From contig JAFAAT010000108.1 in NCBI GenBank assembly GCA_023426425.1, positions 1-33,220 of the forward strand: DNA of 33,220 nucleotides. The letters are read 5' to 3'. This stretch comes from Bacteroidota bacterium (GTDB taxonomy: Bacteria > Bacteroidota > Bacteroidia > Chitinophagales > Chitinophagaceae). Positions 32,337 to 33,220 of this stretch are shown here, one piece after another (position 1 is the stretch's first letter; every line of letters starts with the position of its first letter). Made by a program: the position numbers and the translations under genes. Below the pieces are notes generated by a model. It made no database searches and was not told the origin of the DNA. It saw nothing but the letters and a program-made list of their open reading frames with translations.

Positions 32337-33220
32337 TTATTCCGGGGTTTGCTGTCGTTCGGCAAGTCCAAGTTTCTGAATCTTTTTTCTATCGCCGACG
32401 ATCCATACGGCGTCCTGCCATTCAAAGACCATGGAAGATTCCGGGTTCAGTATGCGCTGGTTCTTACGTTCGATGCCGACGACCAGTCCGTCTGTGCGCT
32501 CCCTGATCTTTGAGTCGCCAATGCTGAGACCTTTAAGCTTGTTGAATTCGTCTACTACAATTTTTTGTAGTACGATATCTTCAACGTGAGGTTGGGTGGA
32601 TTCAATACTTTCCACAGAATCGAATACCGGTTTGAATGCCTTCATCTGTTCTTCTGTAGCTATAATGCCTGCGTGGTCATAAGGGAGCAGGCGATTGAAC
32701 CTGCCGGGGGCATGAATTAACTTATCTCCTCTTTTGATATAGGCGATGTTTATACCATAGGTTTCCCGCCACTGCAACTCCATCAGTGTTTTGCCTATGT
32801 ATTCTGCGTGGGGGTTTACTTCAAGGTCAGAAATATAGGCGGACCAGGGAGCAAGCTCCAGCTGGATGTCTGCATTTTTCTGAATTACATCCAGGCGCAA
32901 CTTGTCTTTTACAGCTTCTTCGTCTTCGCGTGCATTGAGGTTGGAGATAAAGCGAGATTCGATGCGATGATAGAAAGCCTGTATCCTGCGGGAGAATAGG
33001 TAGAAAATCACTATCGATGTAGGTATCGCAATAAATACTGCAGTTCTGGTGCTGAACATCTGGTCCACCCAGAAGCCCAGAAGCAGAATTCCAATTACAT
33101 AGCGGGCAATTTCGATAACAAGCAAGGGTCCGTGGTTGAATTTTTTGTCAAGCCATAGTTCTTTATATGCGAGCTTATCAGGCTTGTTTGCAACCAGTGC
33201 CCAGAAGAATGGGGCTGCAG
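32337..33220 (-). CDS. membrane transporter, C-terminal part with tandem RCK_C (TrkA-C) domains; 5' end outside window
   Basis: The reading frame stays open from 33125 to the window edge (…AAPFFWALVANKPDKLAYKELWLDKKFNHGPLLVIEIARYV…). TM segments are followed by two TrkA-C-like modules (EYIGKTLMELQWRETYGINIAYIKRGDKLI; LKGLSIGDSKIRERTDGLVVGIERKNQRIL). Likely a cation:proton antiporter-type protein. Confidence 0.6.
   Translation of the reverse strand, partial: AAPFFWALVANKPDKLAYKELWLDKKFNHGPLLVIEIARYVIGILLLGFWVDQMFSTRTAVFIAIPTSIVIFYLFSRRIQAFYHRIESRFISNLNAREDEEAVKDKLRLDVIQKNADIQLELAPWSAYISDLEVNPHAEYIGKTLMELQWRETYGINIAYIKRGDKLIHAPGRFNRLLPYDHAGIIATEEQMKAFKPVFDSVESIESTQPHVEDIVLQKIVVDEFNKLKGLSIGDSKIRERTDGLVVGIERKNQRILNPESSMVFEWQDAVWIVGDRKKIQKLGLAERQQTPE

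Noticed and set aside
1-33220. CRISPR arrays, mobile elements, toxin-antitoxin or phage-defence gene sets.
   Set aside because: I saw no regularly spaced direct repeats, no transposase, integrase or recombinase-like ORFs, and no nuclease, helicase or NTPase defence-type proteins in the six-frame track.

Overview
This is a 33.2-kb chromosomal window that looks Bacteroidota-like. The cues are A-rich rather than Shine-Dalgarno leaders, a TonB-dependent receptor with a CarboxypepD_reg-type N-terminus, a HYC/CC/PP-motif protein, and the gene order of the nos cluster. I found no rRNA, tRNA, CRISPR array, transposase or integrase. The left third (1-13.1 kb) holds housekeeping and accessory genes: a TSUP transporter, lipoproteins, an RRM RNA-binding protein with a Gly/Asn/Ser/Tyr repeat tail, DUF72, an OmpA-family protein, a HYC_CC_PP/HMA/TonB-receptor metal-uptake operon, a hotdog thioesterase, a PLP-decarboxylase/CoA-transferase operon and a fasciclin protein. 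The remainder is a nitrogen-oxide island. It starts with a Crp/Fnr regulator (13129-13857, minus strand). Next is an 11-gene plus-strand array (14003-23194), largely translationally coupled. Its genes encode a membrane-anchored cytochrome c, an atypical haem-copper-oxidase/NOR-like subunit I, an MbnP-like protein, a di-haem MbnH/CCP-like peroxidase, a hemerythrin, an Rrf2 (NsrR/IscR-like) regulator, a 12-TM NnrS-like protein, a DUF2249-fused RIC/YtfE repair protein, a DUF1858 plus 2xDUF2249 protein, a second polytopic His-rich membrane protein and a DUF59 Fe-S factor. Converging on it is a clade-II-style nos operon on the minus strand (29901 down to 23569): cytochrome c, nosZ, a nosB-like gene, nosL, nosD, nosF and nosY. 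Two recurrent operator-like motifs tie the island together. TGAC-N4-GTCA occurs as five perfect copies, all of them in intergenic spacers. RGACAA-N4-GTCCGT occurs three times, always in the same orientation relative to the downstream gene. The most unusual element is the NOR-like subunit I: it has no histidine where the helix-VI metal ligand should be and reads H-A-M where H-x-H is expected, and it is coupled to an MbnP/MbnH copper-handling pair. All family assignments come from motif recognition by eye, with no database search.
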